DNA of 64,000 nt from Novosphingobium sp. (GTDB lineage Bacteria; Pseudomonadota; Alphaproteobacteria; Sphingomonadales; Sphingomonadaceae), in the NCBI RefSeq assembly GCF_030699305.1, contig NZ_JAUYNB010000031.1, positions 6,492 to 70,491 on the forward strand. The letters are read 5' to 3'. The notes under the pieces were generated by a model that saw only the letters and a program-made list of their open reading frames with translations, was not told the DNA's origin and did no database searches. How positions within the stretch are numbered: the first letter of the stretch is position 1; the number at the start of each line of letters is the position of its first letter. Below, piece by piece: positions 27,693-39,121 of this stretch. The position numbers and the translations under genes are program-made.

Positions 27693-28289
27693 ATGGCGGA
27701 TATCGCGCGGATTATTGAGGTTGTTGAGCCAGAGGCGCAAGCGCTCGGCTTCGATCTCGTGCGCGTGATCGTGTTCGGCAAAAGCGAAGTGGGGGACGAG
27801 GAAGTCACCCTGCAGATCATGGCCGAACGCCCCGACACCGGCCAGCTGGTGATCGAGGATTGCGCCGAACTGTCGCGCCGGGTGTCCGATGCGATGGACG
27901 CGCTGGAAGAAGCCGGGGAAGTGCTGATCGAGGAGGCGTATCGTCTCGAAGTCAGCTCGCCGGGGATCGACCGCCCGCTGACCCGTCCGCAGGATTTCGC
28001 CAACTGGGCCGGGCATGAAGCGCGGGTTGCGCTCAAGGCTCCGGTCGCCGTTGAATCTGGGGCAAACCGCAAGGCCGTGCAGGGTGACCTGATCGGCATC
28101 GACGGCGATATCGTGACGCTGGAGGACAAGAAGTCCGGCCGCGTCACGTTCCCGCTGTCCGACATTCACTCCGCCAAGCTGGTCCTGACCGACCGGTTGA
28201 TTGCCGCGACCCGTCCGCTTGATACTTCAGGAGTTGAAGTAGAAGAGTTTGGCGGGGCCGACGAATTGCTTGAAGAACAGGAAGACTGA
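27693..28289 (+). CDS. rimP: Ribosome maturation factor RimP
   Basis: LQIMAER, DCAELSRRVS, YRLEVSSPGIDRPL. Confidence 0.96.
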   Translation: MADIARIIEVVEPEAQALGFDLVRVIVFGKSEVGDEEVTLQIMAERPDTGQLVIEDCAELSRRVSDAMDALEEAGEVLIEEAYRLEVSSPGIDRPLTRPQDFANWAGHEARVALKAPVAVESGANRKAVQGDLIGIDGDIVTLEDKKSGRVTFPLSDIHSAKLVLTDRLIAATRPLDTSGVEVEEFGGADELLEEQED

Positions 28290-28291
28290 TT

Positions 28292-29932
28292 ATGGCCAGT
28301 CCGATTTCTGCCAACCGTGCCGAACTGCTTGCCATCGCGACCTCCGTCGCGACGGAGAAGATGATCGACAAGTCGATCGTGATCGAAGCGATGGAAGAAG
28401 CGATCCAGAAGTCCGCGCGCAACCGGTATGGCGCGGAAAACGATATTCGCGCCAAGCTGGACCCGCGCACCGGCGATCTGCGCCTGTGGCGCGTGGTCGA
28501 AGTGGTCGAAGAGGTTGAGGATTACTTCAAGCAGGTTGACCTGAAGGCCGCGCAGAAGCTCGACCCGAATGCCGCGCTGGGTGACTTCATCGTCGATCCG
28601 CTGCCGCCGGTCGATCTGGGCCGGATCGACGCACAGTCGGCCAAGCAGGTGATCTTCCAGAAGGTCCGCGATGCCGAGCGTGACCGCCAGTTTGACGAAT
28701 TCAAGGACCGCGCCGGCGAAGTCGTCACCGGCGTGATCAAGTCGGTCGAATTCGGCCACGTGATCGTGAACCTGGGCCGCGCCGAAGGCGTGATCCGCCG
28801 CGACCAGCAGATCCCGCGCGAAGTCGCCCGCGTCGGCGAACGCGTCCGTGCGCTGATCCTGAAGGTGGAGCGCCAGAACCGCGGTCCGCAGATCTTCCTG
28901 AGCCGGGCGCACCCGGAATTCATGAAGAAGCTGTTCGCGCAGGAAGTGCCCGAAATCTACGACAACATCATCGAGATCAAGGCCGCCGCCCGCGATCCGG
29001 GCAGCCGCGCCAAGATCGGCGTGATCAGCCGCGATTCGAGCATTGATCCGGTCGGCGCCTGCGTCGGCATGAAGGGCAGCCGCGTGCAGGCCGTCGTGCA
29101 GGAACTGCAGGGCGAAAAGATCGACATCATCCCGTGGAGCGAAGACACCGCAACGTTCGTGGTCAACGCGCTCCAGCCGGCGACCGTCAGCCGCGTGGTG
29201 ATCGACGAGGAAGAAAGCCGGATCGAAGTGGTCGTCCCCGATGACCAGCTGAGCCTCGCCATCGGTCGCCGCGGCCAGAACGTGCGGTTGGCCAGCCAGC
29301 TGACCGGCTCGCAGATCGACATCATGACCGAGGCGGAAGCTTCGGAAAAGCGCCAGAAGGAATTCGCCGAGCGTTCGAAGATGTTCGAGGAAGAACTCGA
29401 CGTCGACGAAACCCTGTCGCAGCTGCTGGTCGCCGAAGGCTTCAGCGAGCTGGAAGAAGTCGCCTATATCGAACTGGCTGAACTCGCTACGATCGAAGGC
29501 TTCGACGAGGAACTGGCCGAAGAACTGCAAAGCCGTGCCACCGAAGCGCTGGAGCGCCGCGAGGAAGCCAGCCGTGAGGAACGCCGCGGTCTGGGCGTCG
29601 AAGATGCGCTGGCCGAAATCCCGCACCTGACCGAAGCGATGCTGGTCACGCTGGGCAAGGCCGGGATCAAGACGCTGGACGATCTGGCCGATCTCGCCAC
29701 CGACGAACTGATTGCCAAGAAGCGCATCGAACAGCGCCGCCGCGACAATTCGCCCAAGGCACCGACTGCCGCGCCACGCCGCAGCGAACGCGCTGAGGAC
29801 AAGGGCGGCGTGCTGGGCGAATATGGCCTGAACGAAGAGCAGGGCAACGAGATCATCATGGCCGCGCGCGCCCACTGGTTCGATGACGAACCGGCTACTG
29901 AGGAGGCCGCCGATGCGGATTCCTCACAATGA
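28292..29932 (+). CDS. nusA: Transcription termination/antitermination factor NusA
   Basis: S1/KH motifs ARDPGSRAKI, DPVGACVGMKGSRV, AIGRRGQNVRLA. Confidence 0.98.
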   Translation: MASPISANRAELLAIATSVATEKMIDKSIVIEAMEEAIQKSARNRYGAENDIRAKLDPRTGDLRLWRVVEVVEEVEDYFKQVDLKAAQKLDPNAALGDFIVDPLPPVDLGRIDAQSAKQVIFQKVRDAERDRQFDEFKDRAGEVVTGVIKSVEFGHVIVNLGRAEGVIRRDQQIPREVARVGERVRALILKVERQNRGPQIFLSRAHPEFMKKLFAQEVPEIYDNIIEIKAAARDPGSRAKIGVISRDSSIDPVGACVGMKGSRVQAVVQELQGEKIDIIPWSEDTATFVVNALQPATVSRVVIDEEESRIEVVVPDDQLSLAIGRRGQNVRLASQLTGSQIDIMTEAEASEKRQKEFAERSKMFEEELDVDETLSQLLVAEGFSELEEVAYIELAELATIEGFDEELAEELQSRATEALERREEASREERRGLGVEDALAEIPHLTEAMLVTLGKAGIKTLDDLADLATDELIAKKRIEQRRRDNSPKAPTAAPRRSERAEDKGGVLGEYGLNEEQGNEIIMAARAHWFDDEPATEEAADADSSQ

Positions 29933-30644
29933 CGCGCTAGGTTTCGACAGCCTGGAAGCGCCCGAGCGGCGCTGCATCCTCACCGGGAACCATGGTTCCC
30001 GGGATGAGCTGATCCGTCTTGCCATTTCGCCTGATGGCGATGTGCTGCCCGATGCGCTGGCGCGTGCGCCGGGGCGCGGGGCGTGGATCGGCGTGTCGCG
30101 CGGCGAACTGGAAACAGCACTCACCAAGGGCAGGCTGAAAGGCGCTCTGGCGCGGGCCTACAAGGGCGCTGCGCTGACCATTCCTGCTGACCTGCCCGAA
30201 CGGATCGCAGCCGCGCTGACGCGCGCCTTTACCGACCGGCTGGGGCTCGAAATGAAAAGCGGCAAGCTGCTGGTCGGGTCCGACCGGATCGCGGAAAACG
30301 CGCGGATGGGCAAAGTCCGCTGGCTGGCCCATGCCGCCGATGCTGGTACCGATGGCTCGCGCAAGCTCGACCAGGCGTGGCGCGTGGGGCAAGACGAAGA
30401 AGGTTCGGGCCGGCAGGGGATCACCTTGCCACTGGACCGGGCAACGCTGTCTGTGGCATTGGGCCGCGATAACGTTGTCCATCTGGCGCTGACCGATCCG
30501 GCAGCGGCCAAACGGCTGGCCGTCCCGTTGCAGCGCTTGCTGCGCTTCATGGGACAGGCACCGGCACCGCTTGGTGAGACCGAACAGAATGAAGGTGTGC
30601 ATGTGGCAGATCCTGCCGCACCGCGCATCGTGACGACGAATTGA
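29913..30644 (+). CDS. YlxR/DUF448 domain RNA-binding protein
   Basis: PERRCILT, ELIRL, PGRGAWI; between nusA and infB. Confidence 0.9.
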   Translation: MRIPHNDALGFDSLEAPERRCILTGNHGSRDELIRLAISPDGDVLPDALARAPGRGAWIGVSRGELETALTKGRLKGALARAYKGAALTIPADLPERIAAALTRAFTDRLGLEMKSGKLLVGSDRIAENARMGKVRWLAHAADAGTDGSRKLDQAWRVGQDEEGSGRQGITLPLDRATLSVALGRDNVVHLALTDPAAAKRLAVPLQRLLRFMGQAPAPLGETEQNEGVHVADPAAPRIVTTN

Positions 30645-30666
30645 GACGTGAAGGGCCTATTTGAGC

Positions 30667-33225
30667 ATGACCGACAGCAACGATAAACCGACTCTGGGCC
30701 GCAAGCCGCTTGGGCTTAAGCGCTCGGTCGAAGCGGGCGAGGTCAAGCAGACCTTCAGCCACGGCCGCACCAACAAGGTGGTGGTCGAGGTGAAGCGCCG
30801 CAAGCTGATCGGCAAGCCCGGCGAAGCCCCGGTTGCCGCTCCGGCCGCGCCCGAACCGGCCCCCGCGCCCGCGCCTGCACCGGTCGTGGCCGCGCCGCCG
30901 CCCGCGCCGCGCCCGGCTGCCTCGAACGAGACCCCGCAGGAGCGTGTCGCCCGCCTCCAGCGTGAGGCCGAGGAAGCGCGCCAGGCAGTGCTGCAGGAGC
31001 AGGCCCGCCGCGAGACCGAATCCCGCCAGCGCGCGATCGAGGAAGAACGCCGCCGGGCCGAGGAAAGCCGCAAGGTTGAAGCGGCCGCTGCGCCCGAAGT
31101 CGCCGCGCCGCCGCCGGAACCCGAAGCCCCCGTGGCCGCCGCGCCCGCGCCAGCCGCGCCGGAACCGGTCGTCGAGGCCGCACCCGCTGCGCCTGCCGAA
31201 CCGGAAGCCAAGCCCGCCGCCGCGCCCGCGCCGCGCCGGTTTACCCCGGTTGCCTCGGTCAAGCGCCCCGAACCGGCTGCCAAGAAGCCGACCAACAACC
31301 CGCGCGACAAGGCTGGCGACAACCGTCGTCAGGCCGGCAAGCTGACCGTGACCAAGGCGCTGAACGAGGACGAAGGCGCCCGTGCCCGCAGCCTGGCCGC
31401 GCTGAAGCGCGCCCGCGAAAAGGAACGCCGCGCGCATTTCGGCGGCCAGCATCAGCAGCGTGAAAAGCAGGTCCGCGATGTGATCGTGCCCGAAGCGATC
31501 ACGGTGCAGGAACTGGGCAACCGCATGGCCGAAAAGGGCGCGGACCTGGTCAAGGCGCTGTTCAAGATGGGCATGATGGTGACCGTCAACCAGACGATCG
31601 ACCAGGATACTGCCGAATTGCTGGTCACCGAGTTTGGCCACAACATCCAGCGCGTGTCGGAAGATGATGTCGATATCGACACCGCCGCCGACGTCGATTC
31701 GGACGAAACGCTGAAGGCGCGCCCGCCGGTCGTGACGATCATGGGCCACGTCGATCACGGCAAGACCAGCCTGCTGGACGCGCTGCGCGGCACCGATGTG
31801 GTGCGCGGCGAAGCGGGCGGGATCACGCAGCATATCGGCGCGTATCAGATCAAGACCAAGGGCGGCGATCTGGTCACCTTCCTTGATACGCCGGGCCACG
31901 AAGCGTTCACCGAAATGCGGATGCGCGGCGCAAACGTGACGGATATCGTCATTCTGGTGGTTGCCGCCGATGACGGGATCATGCCGCAGACGATCGAGGC
32001 GATCAATCACACCAAGGCGGCTGGCGTGCCGATGATCGTGGCGATCACCAAGTCGGACAAGCATGAAGCCAATCCCAAGAAAATCCGCGAACGCCTGCTG
32101 GAACACGAAGTCGTGGTCGAAGCGATGTCGGGCGATGTCCAGGACGTCGAAGTTTCAGCCCATACCGGGGCGGGCCTTGATCAGCTGATCGAGAAGATCC
32201 TGCTCCAGGCCGAACTGCTGGAACTGACGGCCAACCCCGATCGCGCCGCGGAAGCGACCGTGATCGAGGCCAAGCTCGACAAGGGCAAGGGGCCGCTGGC
32301 GACTGTGCTGATTACGCGCGGAACGCTGAAAGTGGGCGATATTCTGGTGGTCGGCACCCATTCGGGCCGCGTCCGCGCGATGCTCGATGACAAGGGCCGT
32401 CAGATCAAGGCCGCCCCGCCGTCGCTGCCGGTCGAAGTGCTGGGGATCGGCGGCGTTCCGATGGCCGGCGATACGCTGACCGTGGTCGAAAGCGAAGCCC
32501 GCGCCCGCGAAGTGGCCGCATTCCGCGCCGAGCGGGCGACGGCGAAGCGCACCACGACTGCCCCGACCAGCCTGGAAAACATGTTCTCGGCGCTGTCGGC
32601 CAAGCAGTCGGTCATCGAATACCCGGTGGTCATCAAGGCCGACGTGCAGGGTTCGACCGAGGCCATCGTCAATGCGCTCAACCGCATTTCGAACGACGAG
32701 ATCAAGGTCCGCATCCTGCAATCGGGCGTCGGTGCGATTACCGAAAGCGACGTCAGCCTGGCGCAGGCATCGGGTGCGCCGATCATCGGCTTCAATGTGC
32801 GCCCCAACGCCAAGGCGCGCGAGCTGATCGAGCGCCAGAAGGTCCGCCTGAAGTACTTCGATGTGATCTATCACCTGACCGAGGATGTCGCCAAGGAGAT
32901 GGCCGGTCAGTGGGGTCCGGAAATCATCGAGCACGTCGTCGGCCGCGCCGAGGTCAAGGAAGTGTTCCCGGCCGGCAAGAAGGACAAGGCAGCCGGTCTG
33001 CTGGTGCTGGAAGGCTATATCAAGAAGGGTATCTTCGCGCGCCTTACCCGCAACGATGTCATCGTTTCGAAGACGGTCATCGCGTCGCTGCGGCGCTTCA
33101 AGGACGATGTGGCCGAAGTCCGCACCGGCCTGGAATGCGGCGTGGTGTTGCAGGACACCAACGACATCAAACCGGGCGACATGCTCGAAGTGTTTGAGGT
33201 CGAGGAACGCGAACGCACCCTGTGA
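30667..33225 (+). CDS. infB: Translation initiation factor IF-2
   Basis: [37 protein letters not shown]. Confidence 0.98.
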   Translation: MTDSNDKPTLGRKPLGLKRSVEAGEVKQTFSHGRTNKVVVEVKRRKLIGKPGEAPVAAPAAPEPAPAPAPAPVVAAPPPAPRPAASNETPQERVARLQREAEEARQAVLQEQARRETESRQRAIEEERRRAEESRKVEAAAAPEVAAPPPEPEAPVAAAPAPAAPEPVVEAAPAAPAEPEAKPAAAPAPRRFTPVASVKRPEPAAKKPTNNPRDKAGDNRRQAGKLTVTKALNEDEGARARSLAALKRAREKERRAHFGGQHQQREKQVRDVIVPEAITVQELGNRMAEKGADLVKALFKMGMMVTVNQTIDQDTAELLVTEFGHNIQRVSEDDVDIDTAADVDSDETLKARPPVVTIMGHVDHGKTSLLDALRGTDVVRGEAGGITQHIGAYQIKTKGGDLVTFLDTPGHEAFTEMRMRGANVTDIVILVVAADDGIMPQTIEAINHTKAAGVPMIVAITKSDKHEANPKKIRERLLEHEVVVEAMSGDVQDVEVSAHTGAGLDQLIEKILLQAELLELTANPDRAAEATVIEAKLDKGKGPLATVLITRGTLKVGDILVVGTHSGRVRAMLDDKGRQIKAAPPSLPVEVLGIGGVPMAGDTLTVVESEARAREVAAFRAERATAKRTTTAPTSLENMFSALSAKQSVIEYPVVIKADVQGSTEAIVNALNRISNDEIKVRILQSGVGAITESDVSLAQASGAPIIGFNVRPNAKARELIERQKVRLKYFDVIYHLTEDVAKEMAGQWGPEIIEHVVGRAEVKEVFPAGKKDKAAGLLVLEGYIKKGIFARLTRNDVIVSKTVIASLRRFKDDVAEVRTGLECGVVLQDTNDIKPGDMLEVFEVEERERTL

Positions 33226-33626
33226 GCGGGATCACGACCACCCAGGGCGCGCATGTGGAGTTGATGGGGGCGAAGTTCGTGGACTTCGACCCGGTCACCG
33301 AGACGATCACCATGCACTTCCACGCGCCGGACAGTTTCATTACGCCGCGCGGCGGGGTGCAGGGCGGGCTGGTGGCGGGTTTCCTGGACGAGGCGATGGG
33401 CTGGGCGCATGTGCACGCCACCAACGGCGCGGAAGCCCCGCTGAATCTGGAAATCAGCATGACGCTGCTCAACCTGATCCCGCCCGGTCCGCTGATGGGC
33501 ACGGGCCGGGTCGTGCGGCGCGGGCGGCGCGTGATTTTCCTGGAAGCGGAACTGTTCAGCATGGATGGAAAATCCCTGGCGCGCGCTACCTCCACCGCGA
33601 TTCCCACGCCCAAGCCCTCGGCATGA
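33222..33626 (+). CDS. PaaI-family thioesterase
   Basis: GGVQGGLVAGFLDEAMG hotdog motif. Confidence 0.85.
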   Translation: MSGITTTQGAHVELMGAKFVDFDPVTETITMHFHAPDSFITPRGGVQGGLVAGFLDEAMGWAHVHATNGAEAPLNLEISMTLLNLIPPGPLMGTGRVVRRGRRVIFLEAELFSMDGKSLARATSTAIPTPKPSA

Positions 33627-33647
33627 GCATGGGAACGCGGCGCTGAC

Positions 33648-34199
33648 ATGGCCCGCTATGTCGCCCTGTTCGGCAGCATCAACGTGGGCGGCAATCGCCT
33701 GACGATGGCGGAACTGCGCGCCGCGTTCGAGGTGGAGGGGCTGACCAATGTCGAAACCGTGGTCGCCAGCGGCAACGTGCTGTTCGATCATGATGACCGC
33801 CCGACCGTGGGCCTTGAAGAAAAGCTGGAACGGATGATGCGCCAGCGTTTTGGCATGCGCAGCATCGCTGCCGTGCGCAGCCGTGACGAGCTGGCCGCCG
33901 CGATTGCGGACAACCCGTTTGCCGCCGATGGCGCGGCCAATCTGGTCCACACGCTGTTTCTGGATGGCGATCCCGATCCGGATCAGTTCGCGGTGCTGGT
34001 GGCCGATCACGCGGGACGGGGGCCGGAACGGCTCGCCATCGGGCCGCGCGCGCTGTATGTCGATTACGCAGGCGGAGCCGGAAACAGCCGGTTGACGATG
34101 CCGTTTATCGAGCGGCGGCTGCAATGCCGGGGCACCGCCCGAAACATGCGGTCGCTGGCCCGGATCGTCGCCAAGCTTGATGCAACCCAGCAGGATTGA
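33648..34199 (+). CDS. DUF1697 family protein
   Basis: [35 protein letters not shown]. Confidence 0.88.
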   Translation: MARYVALFGSINVGGNRLTMAELRAAFEVEGLTNVETVVASGNVLFDHDDRPTVGLEEKLERMMRQRFGMRSIAAVRSRDELAAAIADNPFAADGAANLVHTLFLDGDPDPDQFAVLVADHAGRGPERLAIGPRALYVDYAGGAGNSRLTMPFIERRLQCRGTARNMRSLARIVAKLDATQQD

Positions 34200-34213
34200 G
34201 AGTAGATAGCGGC

Positions 34214-34621
34214 ATGGTTAAGCCCAATGCAACCCCGGAAACCCGCTCGGTCCGCCTGCTCAAGGTGGGTGAACAGGTGCGCCACCTGATCAGTGAACTG
34301 CTGACCCGGCAGATGGTGCATGATGAAGTGCTCACCGCGCGCACGATCAGCATCACCGAAGTGCGGATGTCACCCGACCTGCGCCACGCGACCGTGTTCG
34401 TAAAGCCGCTGCTGGGCGCGGATGAGGACGTCGTGCTGAAAGCGCTGCGCACCCACACCGCCTATTTCCAGAAGGAAGTGGCCGGCAAGCTGCGCCGGAA
34501 ATATGCCGCAAAAATCAAGTTCCTGGCGGATGAAAGCTTTGACGAGGCGAGCCGGATCGAGGCGCTGCTATCCAGCCCGCAAGTCCGCCGCGACCTGGAA
34601 AGCGAACCGGACGAGGCGTAA
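34214..34621 (+). CDS. rbfA: Ribosome-binding factor A
   Basis: [34 protein letters not shown]. Confidence 0.95.
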   Translation: MVKPNATPETRSVRLLKVGEQVRHLISELLTRQMVHDEVLTARTISITEVRMSPDLRHATVFVKPLLGADEDVVLKALRTHTAYFQKEVAGKLRRKYAAKIKFLADESFDEASRIEALLSSPQVRRDLESEPDEA

Positions 34622-34663
34622 GCCCGCCGCCTGACCCGGCACGATTCCAGTGCAGATGGTGCC

Positions 34664-35272
34664 TCAGCCCGGCACCATCCGGGCGTTGATCGTGATCGTC
34701 ACTTTCCGGCCCACCACCACGCTATAGGCGGTCATCCCGAAATCATGGCGGTTGATGGTCGTCCGGGCGCTCAGCTGGATCGGTTCCTTGCCGGTGGCGC
34801 CCACCGGGGGCTGGGCGAAAGTGACTGCCAGCGTGGCCGGTCGGGTAATTCCGCGCGCTGTGATCTGGCCATCGACGCGGGCCGTGGACTGCCCGGTCAT
34901 CATCATGCGATTGCCGCTGAAACGGATTGCGGGATAGCGCTCCACATCGAAGAAGTCCTTGCCCCGCAGTCGTTCCAGCGTGGTTTTGTCTCCCGCGGTC
35001 AGCGCGCGGGCATTCAGCGTGACGTCGAGGTCAATCGTATCCAGCCGGTCGGGCGTCAGGTGGATGCCGCCGCTCATCTGCGGAAACCGGGCGGATTTGC
35101 TGGCCAGCCCCATAAACGCGACTTTGGCATCCACCGAACTGCGCGGTGCGTCGATCTGATAGCGATAAGTCGGCGTCGCGGCGGCGGTCAGCAGCAGCAA
35201 CACTGCGGCCGCCATTGCGAAACGGACTGGCCTCACACGGACGGCCTCAAACGGACTGAGGCTTGCCTTCAC
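34664..35272 (-). CDS. YceI-family lipid/polyisoprenoid-binding protein
   Basis: YQIDAPRSSV, DFFDVERYP-IRF, GQITARG-TRP, INRHDFG; start uncertain (35272 GTGA-coupled, 35236 or 35215). Confidence 0.85.
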   Translation of the reverse strand: MKASLSPFEAVRVRPVRFAMAAAVLLLLTAAATPTYRYQIDAPRSSVDAKVAFMGLASKSARFPQMSGGIHLTPDRLDTIDLDVTLNARALTAGDKTTLERLRGKDFFDVERYPAIRFSGNRMMMTGQSTARVDGQITARGITRPATLAVTFAQPPVGATGKEPIQLSARTTINRHDFGMTAYSVVVGRKVTITINARMVPG

Positions 35273-36867
35273 GGGGCGGTCGCTCCCGCCACGCTGGCGG
35301 CAGGCGGCGGGGCGAATACGCTGGCGCCCGGTCCCAGCGGCAGATCCAGCATCACCCACGCACCGACCAGCACCATGCCCGACAGCAGCAGCCCGATCGA
35401 GAACGGCAGCATCGTTGCGGCCAGGCTGCCCAGCCCGAAATCCTTTTGCCAGCGCTGGCAGAAGATCAGGATCAGCGGGAAATAGACCATCAGCGGGGTG
35501 ATGATGTTGGTCGCGCCATCGCCAACGCGGTAAGCGGCGGTGGTCATTTCCGGGGTGATCCCCAGCAGCATCAGCATCGGCACCAGCACCGGGGCCAGCA
35601 ATGCCCACTTGGCGCTGGCCGAGCCGATGAACAGGTTGAGCAGGGCTGTAAATGCCACGATCAGCATCAGCAGCGCCCAGGCCGGCAGGCCCGACGCCTT
35701 GAGCAGTTCCGCCCCTTCAACCGCCAGAATCAACCCCAGGTTGGACCATGCGAACATCGCCACGAAGTGGGCGGCCACGAACGCCAGCACCAGATAGTAG
35801 GCCATGTCGGCCATCGAATCGCTCATCATCTTGACCAGACTGCGATGGTCGCTGACGGTTCCGGCGGCCTTGCCATAGGCCCAGCCCGCCAGCAGGAACA
35901 ACAGGAAGAACCCGCCCACCAGGCTTTGATACAGCGGGGTCAGGCGCGCTTCGGCGCTGGCTTCTTCGTTGATCAGCGGGGTGCCGGGGCCGAATGTGAA
36001 CAGCAGCCAAAGGCCGACGACGAACAGCGTGGCCAGCCCGGCATGGCGCAGGCCCTTGCGCTCGGCAGCGTTCAGATTGCGCGATTCCTGCTCGGTTGCA
36101 CCGACCGATCCGGCCCGCGCCGGATCCCACTGGCCCAGCCGCGGTTCGATCACACGATCGGTGACATACCAGATCACCGGCATGAAGATGACCAGCATGA
36201 TTGCGATGAAATACCAGTTGCCCGCGATATTGGCGGTAAAGTCACTGAACACGGTTTCGACCGCTGCCTCGGTAATCCCGAACAGCAGCGCGTCGAGCTG
36301 GCCCGGCAGCAGGTTGGCGGAGAACCCCCCCGAAACCCCGGCAAAAGCCGCTGCGATGCCGGCGATGGGGTGGCGTCCGGCGGCGTGGAAGATGATGCCC
36401 GCCAGCGGGATCAGCACGACATAGGCCGCGTCCGCTGCCAGGTTGCCCATCATCGCCACGAACGCGACAATCGGGGTCAGCAGGAAAGTCGGTGCATTGC
36501 TGACGCTTGCGCGCATCGCGGTTCCGAACAGGCCGGACCGTTCGGCCACGCCCGCACCCAGCATCACCACCAGCACATAGCCAAGCGGATGAAAGTGCGT
36601 GAACGTCTTGGGCATATCGACCCACAGCGTGCGGATATTGTCGGCCGACAGCAGACTGGTCGCCGCGATCACCTTGGCCTGCCCGGTCGCCTCGTCGATC
36701 TCGGTCGGGTGCAGGGCGGACCAGCCAGCTGCCGCCGCGATCAGCGAGATCACGATCAATCCGGCAATCAGCCCCAGGAACAGAAACACCGGATCAGGCA
36801 GGCGATTGCCCGTCCGCTCGATCCACGCCAGCACGCCGGTCTGCTTCGATGCGGTCAATTCGCTCAT
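35269..36867 (-). CDS. AbgT-family transporter
   Basis: IERTGNRLPDP, GRHPIAG, GVSGGFSAN, YRVGDGATNIITP. Confidence 0.93.
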   Translation of the reverse strand: MSELTASKQTGVLAWIERTGNRLPDPVFLFLGLIAGLIVISLIAAAAGWSALHPTEIDEATGQAKVIAATSLLSADNIRTLWVDMPKTFTHFHPLGYVLVVMLGAGVAERSGLFGTAMRASVSNAPTFLLTPIVAFVAMMGNLAADAAYVVLIPLAGIIFHAAGRHPIAGIAAAFAGVSGGFSANLLPGQLDALLFGITEAAVETVFSDFTANIAGNWYFIAIMLVIFMPVIWYVTDRVIEPRLGQWDPARAGSVGATEQESRNLNAAERKGLRHAGLATLFVVGLWLLFTFGPGTPLINEEASAEARLTPLYQSLVGGFFLLFLLAGWAYGKAAGTVSDHRSLVKMMSDSMADMAYYLVLAFVAAHFVAMFAWSNLGLILAVEGAELLKASGLPAWALLMLIVAFTALLNLFIGSASAKWALLAPVLVPMLMLLGITPEMTTAAYRVGDGATNIITPLMVYFPLILIFCQRWQKDFGLGSLAATMLPFSIGLLLSGMVLVGAWVMLDLPLGPGASVFAPPPAASVAGATAP

Positions 36868-36942
36868 CGCCCGTTCTTTCCCCAAATCCCGCTGTATGGC
36901 GAGTTGTCCTAAGCCTGCCATCACAGGTAGATGCTGTCCACC

Positions 36943-37521
36943 ATGGCCAAGCTCTATTTCTACTACGCCAGCATGAACGCAGGCAAATCGACCACGCTGT
37001 TGCAGGCTGATTTCAACTATCGCGAGCGGGGGATGCAGACGATGCTGTGGACCGCCAATCTCGACGATCGCGGCGGAGGCCGGGGAATCGACAGCCGGAT
37101 CGGGCTGCACGCCGAAGCGCACCGGTTCAGGGCCGACACCGATATGTGGGCGCGGGTGACCGGCGCGCACCGGGTGGAACCGCTGGCCTGCGTGCTGGTG
37201 GACGAAGCGCAGTTCCTCACCGAACAGCAGGTCTGGCAACTGGCGCGGGTCGCCGATGAAGGCGGCATTCCGGTGCTGTGTTATGGCCTGCGCACCGATT
37301 TTCAGGGGGAACTGTTCCCCGGCGCGAAAGTGCTGCTGGGGATCGCGGATTCGCTGGTCGAACTGAAGGCGGTATGCCACTGCGGCCGCAAGTCGACGAT
37401 GAACCTGCGGGTCGATGCCAGCGGCGCCGCCGTCAAGCAGGGCGCGCAGACCGAAATTGGCGGGAACGACCGATACGTGGCCTTGTGCCGCAGGCATTTT
37501 ACCGAGGCGCTGGGCCGATGA
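36943..37521 (+). CDS. tdk: Thymidine kinase
   Basis: YASMNAGKST, VDEAQF, YGLRTDF, CHCGRK, IGGNDRYVALCR. Confidence 0.96.
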   Translation: MAKLYFYYASMNAGKSTTLLQADFNYRERGMQTMLWTANLDDRGGGRGIDSRIGLHAEAHRFRADTDMWARVTGAHRVEPLACVLVDEAQFLTEQQVWQLARVADEGGIPVLCYGLRTDFQGELFPGAKVLLGIADSLVELKAVCHCGRKSTMNLRVDASGAAVKQGAQTEIGGNDRYVALCRRHFTEALGR

Positions 37522-38207
37522 TTGATACCATTTATCAGGCCGCCGCGCTGATCATCCCGCTGGTGCTGGCGATCGTGTTCCACGAAGTCGCGCACGGCTG
37601 GACCGCGCGGGCGCTGGGCGATCCGACGGCGGCGGAACTCAACCGGCTCAGCCTCAACCCGTTGCGCCATGTCGATCCGGTGGGCACGATCCTGGTGCCG
37701 GGGATGCTCAAGCTGGCGGGCCTGCCGGTGTTCGGCTGGGCCAAACCGGTGCCGGTGGTGGCGGAACGGCTGCGTAATCCGCGCGTCGGCATGATGCTGG
37801 TTGCCGTCGCGGGGCCGGGAATGAACCTGCTGATGGCACTGGCGGGCGCGGTGGTGCTGGGCCTGCTGGTCGCGCCCTACCGCGATGCCGAGCCGACCGG
37901 GGTGACGGCGTTCCTGATCCTGAACCTGTTCAACTTCCTGGCGATCAACGTGTTCCTGGCGCTGTTCAATCTGCTGCCGATCCCGCCGTTCGATGGCTCG
38001 CACGTGGTCGAGGGCCTGCTCCCGCGCGGCGCGGCGGCGGCTTATGCGGCGACGCGGCCTTATGCGTTTTTCCTGATGATCGGCCTGTTGGTGGTGCTGC
38101 CGACGATTGCGCCGGAGCTCGATCTGGTGCGCCGGTTCCTGCTGCCGCCGGTGGATTGGGCGATGGATCAGTATCTGGCCGTGGTGAAGGCGGTGGCGGG
38201 TGCCTGA
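37518..38207 (+). CDS. Site-2 protease (M50) family protein
   Basis: HEVAH, AGPGMN, NLLPIPPFDG. Confidence 0.93.
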   Translation: MIDTIYQAAALIIPLVLAIVFHEVAHGWTARALGDPTAAELNRLSLNPLRHVDPVGTILVPGMLKLAGLPVFGWAKPVPVVAERLRNPRVGMMLVAVAGPGMNLLMALAGAVVLGLLVAPYRDAEPTGVTAFLILNLFNFLAINVFLALFNLLPIPPFDGSHVVEGLLPRGAAAAYAATRPYAFFLMIGLLVVLPTIAPELDLVRRFLLPPVDWAMDQYLAVVKAVAGA

Positions 38208-39116
38208 TCCGGCGCGGGTGAACGGGTGGATCGTGCTCGACAAGCCGCTGGAGCTGGGTTCGACCCAGGCGGTGGCAGCGGTGAAGCGCAACTTGCGGGC
38301 AGGCGGCTTTGGCAAGGTCAAGGTCGGGCACGGCGGCACGCTTGATCCGCTGGCGACCGGGGTGCTGCCGATCGCTGTGGGCGAGGCGACCAAGCTGTGC
38401 GGGCGAATGCTGGATGCAAGCAAGGAATATGCCTTCACCGTCGCGTTCGGGCGCGAGACGGATACGCTCGATCTGGAAGGCAAGGTCATTGCGGAAAGCG
38501 CCGTGCGGCCCACGCGCGCGCAGCTGGAGGCGGTGCTGCCGCGCTTCACCGGCCCGATCGAGCAAGTCCCGCCGGCCTATTCCGCGCTGATGATCGACGG
38601 CCAGCGCGCCTATGACCTCGCGCGCAAGGGCGAGGCGGTGGAACTGAAAAGCCGCAGCGTTACGGTCTATGCGCTGGAAATCCTCCCCGTGCCGGGGAGG
38701 CAGAAGTTACCCTGATCGCCCACGTGTCCAAGGGCACCTATATCCGCAGCATGGCGCGTGACATCGCGCGGGCGCTGGGGACAGTCGGCCATGTCACCAT
38801 GTTGCGGCGGCTGAAGGCCGGGCCGTTCGCGCTGGACCGGGCGATTTCGCTGGACAAGTTGAACGAAGTGGGTAAGGGCGCAGGGCTTGAGAACGTACTC
38901 TTGCCGCTGGAGGCAGGGCTGGTCGACATCCCGGCTCTTGACCTCGACCCGGAACAGGCAAGGGCGGTCCGACAGGGCCGTGTTCTGACCGGGTTGCCCC
39001 AAGGCGACGGCGTCTACTGGGCGCGAACGGAGATTGCTCCGCTCGCACTGGTTGAGCTTTCCGGCGGAAACGTCCGGGTGCTGCGGGGGTTCAATCTTTT
39101 GGATGTCGCGGAGTAA
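38200..39116 (+). pseudogene. truB: tRNA pseudouridine-55 synthase, split by a frameshift near 38680-38703
   Basis: N-part (GHGGTLDPLA, QVPPAYSA) stops at 38715; C-part (EVTLIAHVSKGTYIRS, LRRLKAGPF) is in the -1 frame; could be an assembly error. Confidence 0.85.
38683..38699. repeat. Palindromic hairpin remnant CTCCCC-GTGCC-GGGGAG at the truB break
   Basis: 6-bp inverted repeat resembling the CCCCTCCCC..GGGGAGGGG palindromes at 61811-61898. Confidence 0.55.
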
Positions 39117-39121
39117 GTGAT

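Noticed and set aside
35221-35262. Three imperfect ACGGAC(T)GGCCTCA repeats at the yceI 5' end
   Set aside because: Short and degenerate, within a probable coding/leader region; no independent support for function
38616-38715. Programmed -1 frameshift in truB
   Set aside because: No canonical slippery heptamer in the dual-open region; deletion or assembly error is simpler
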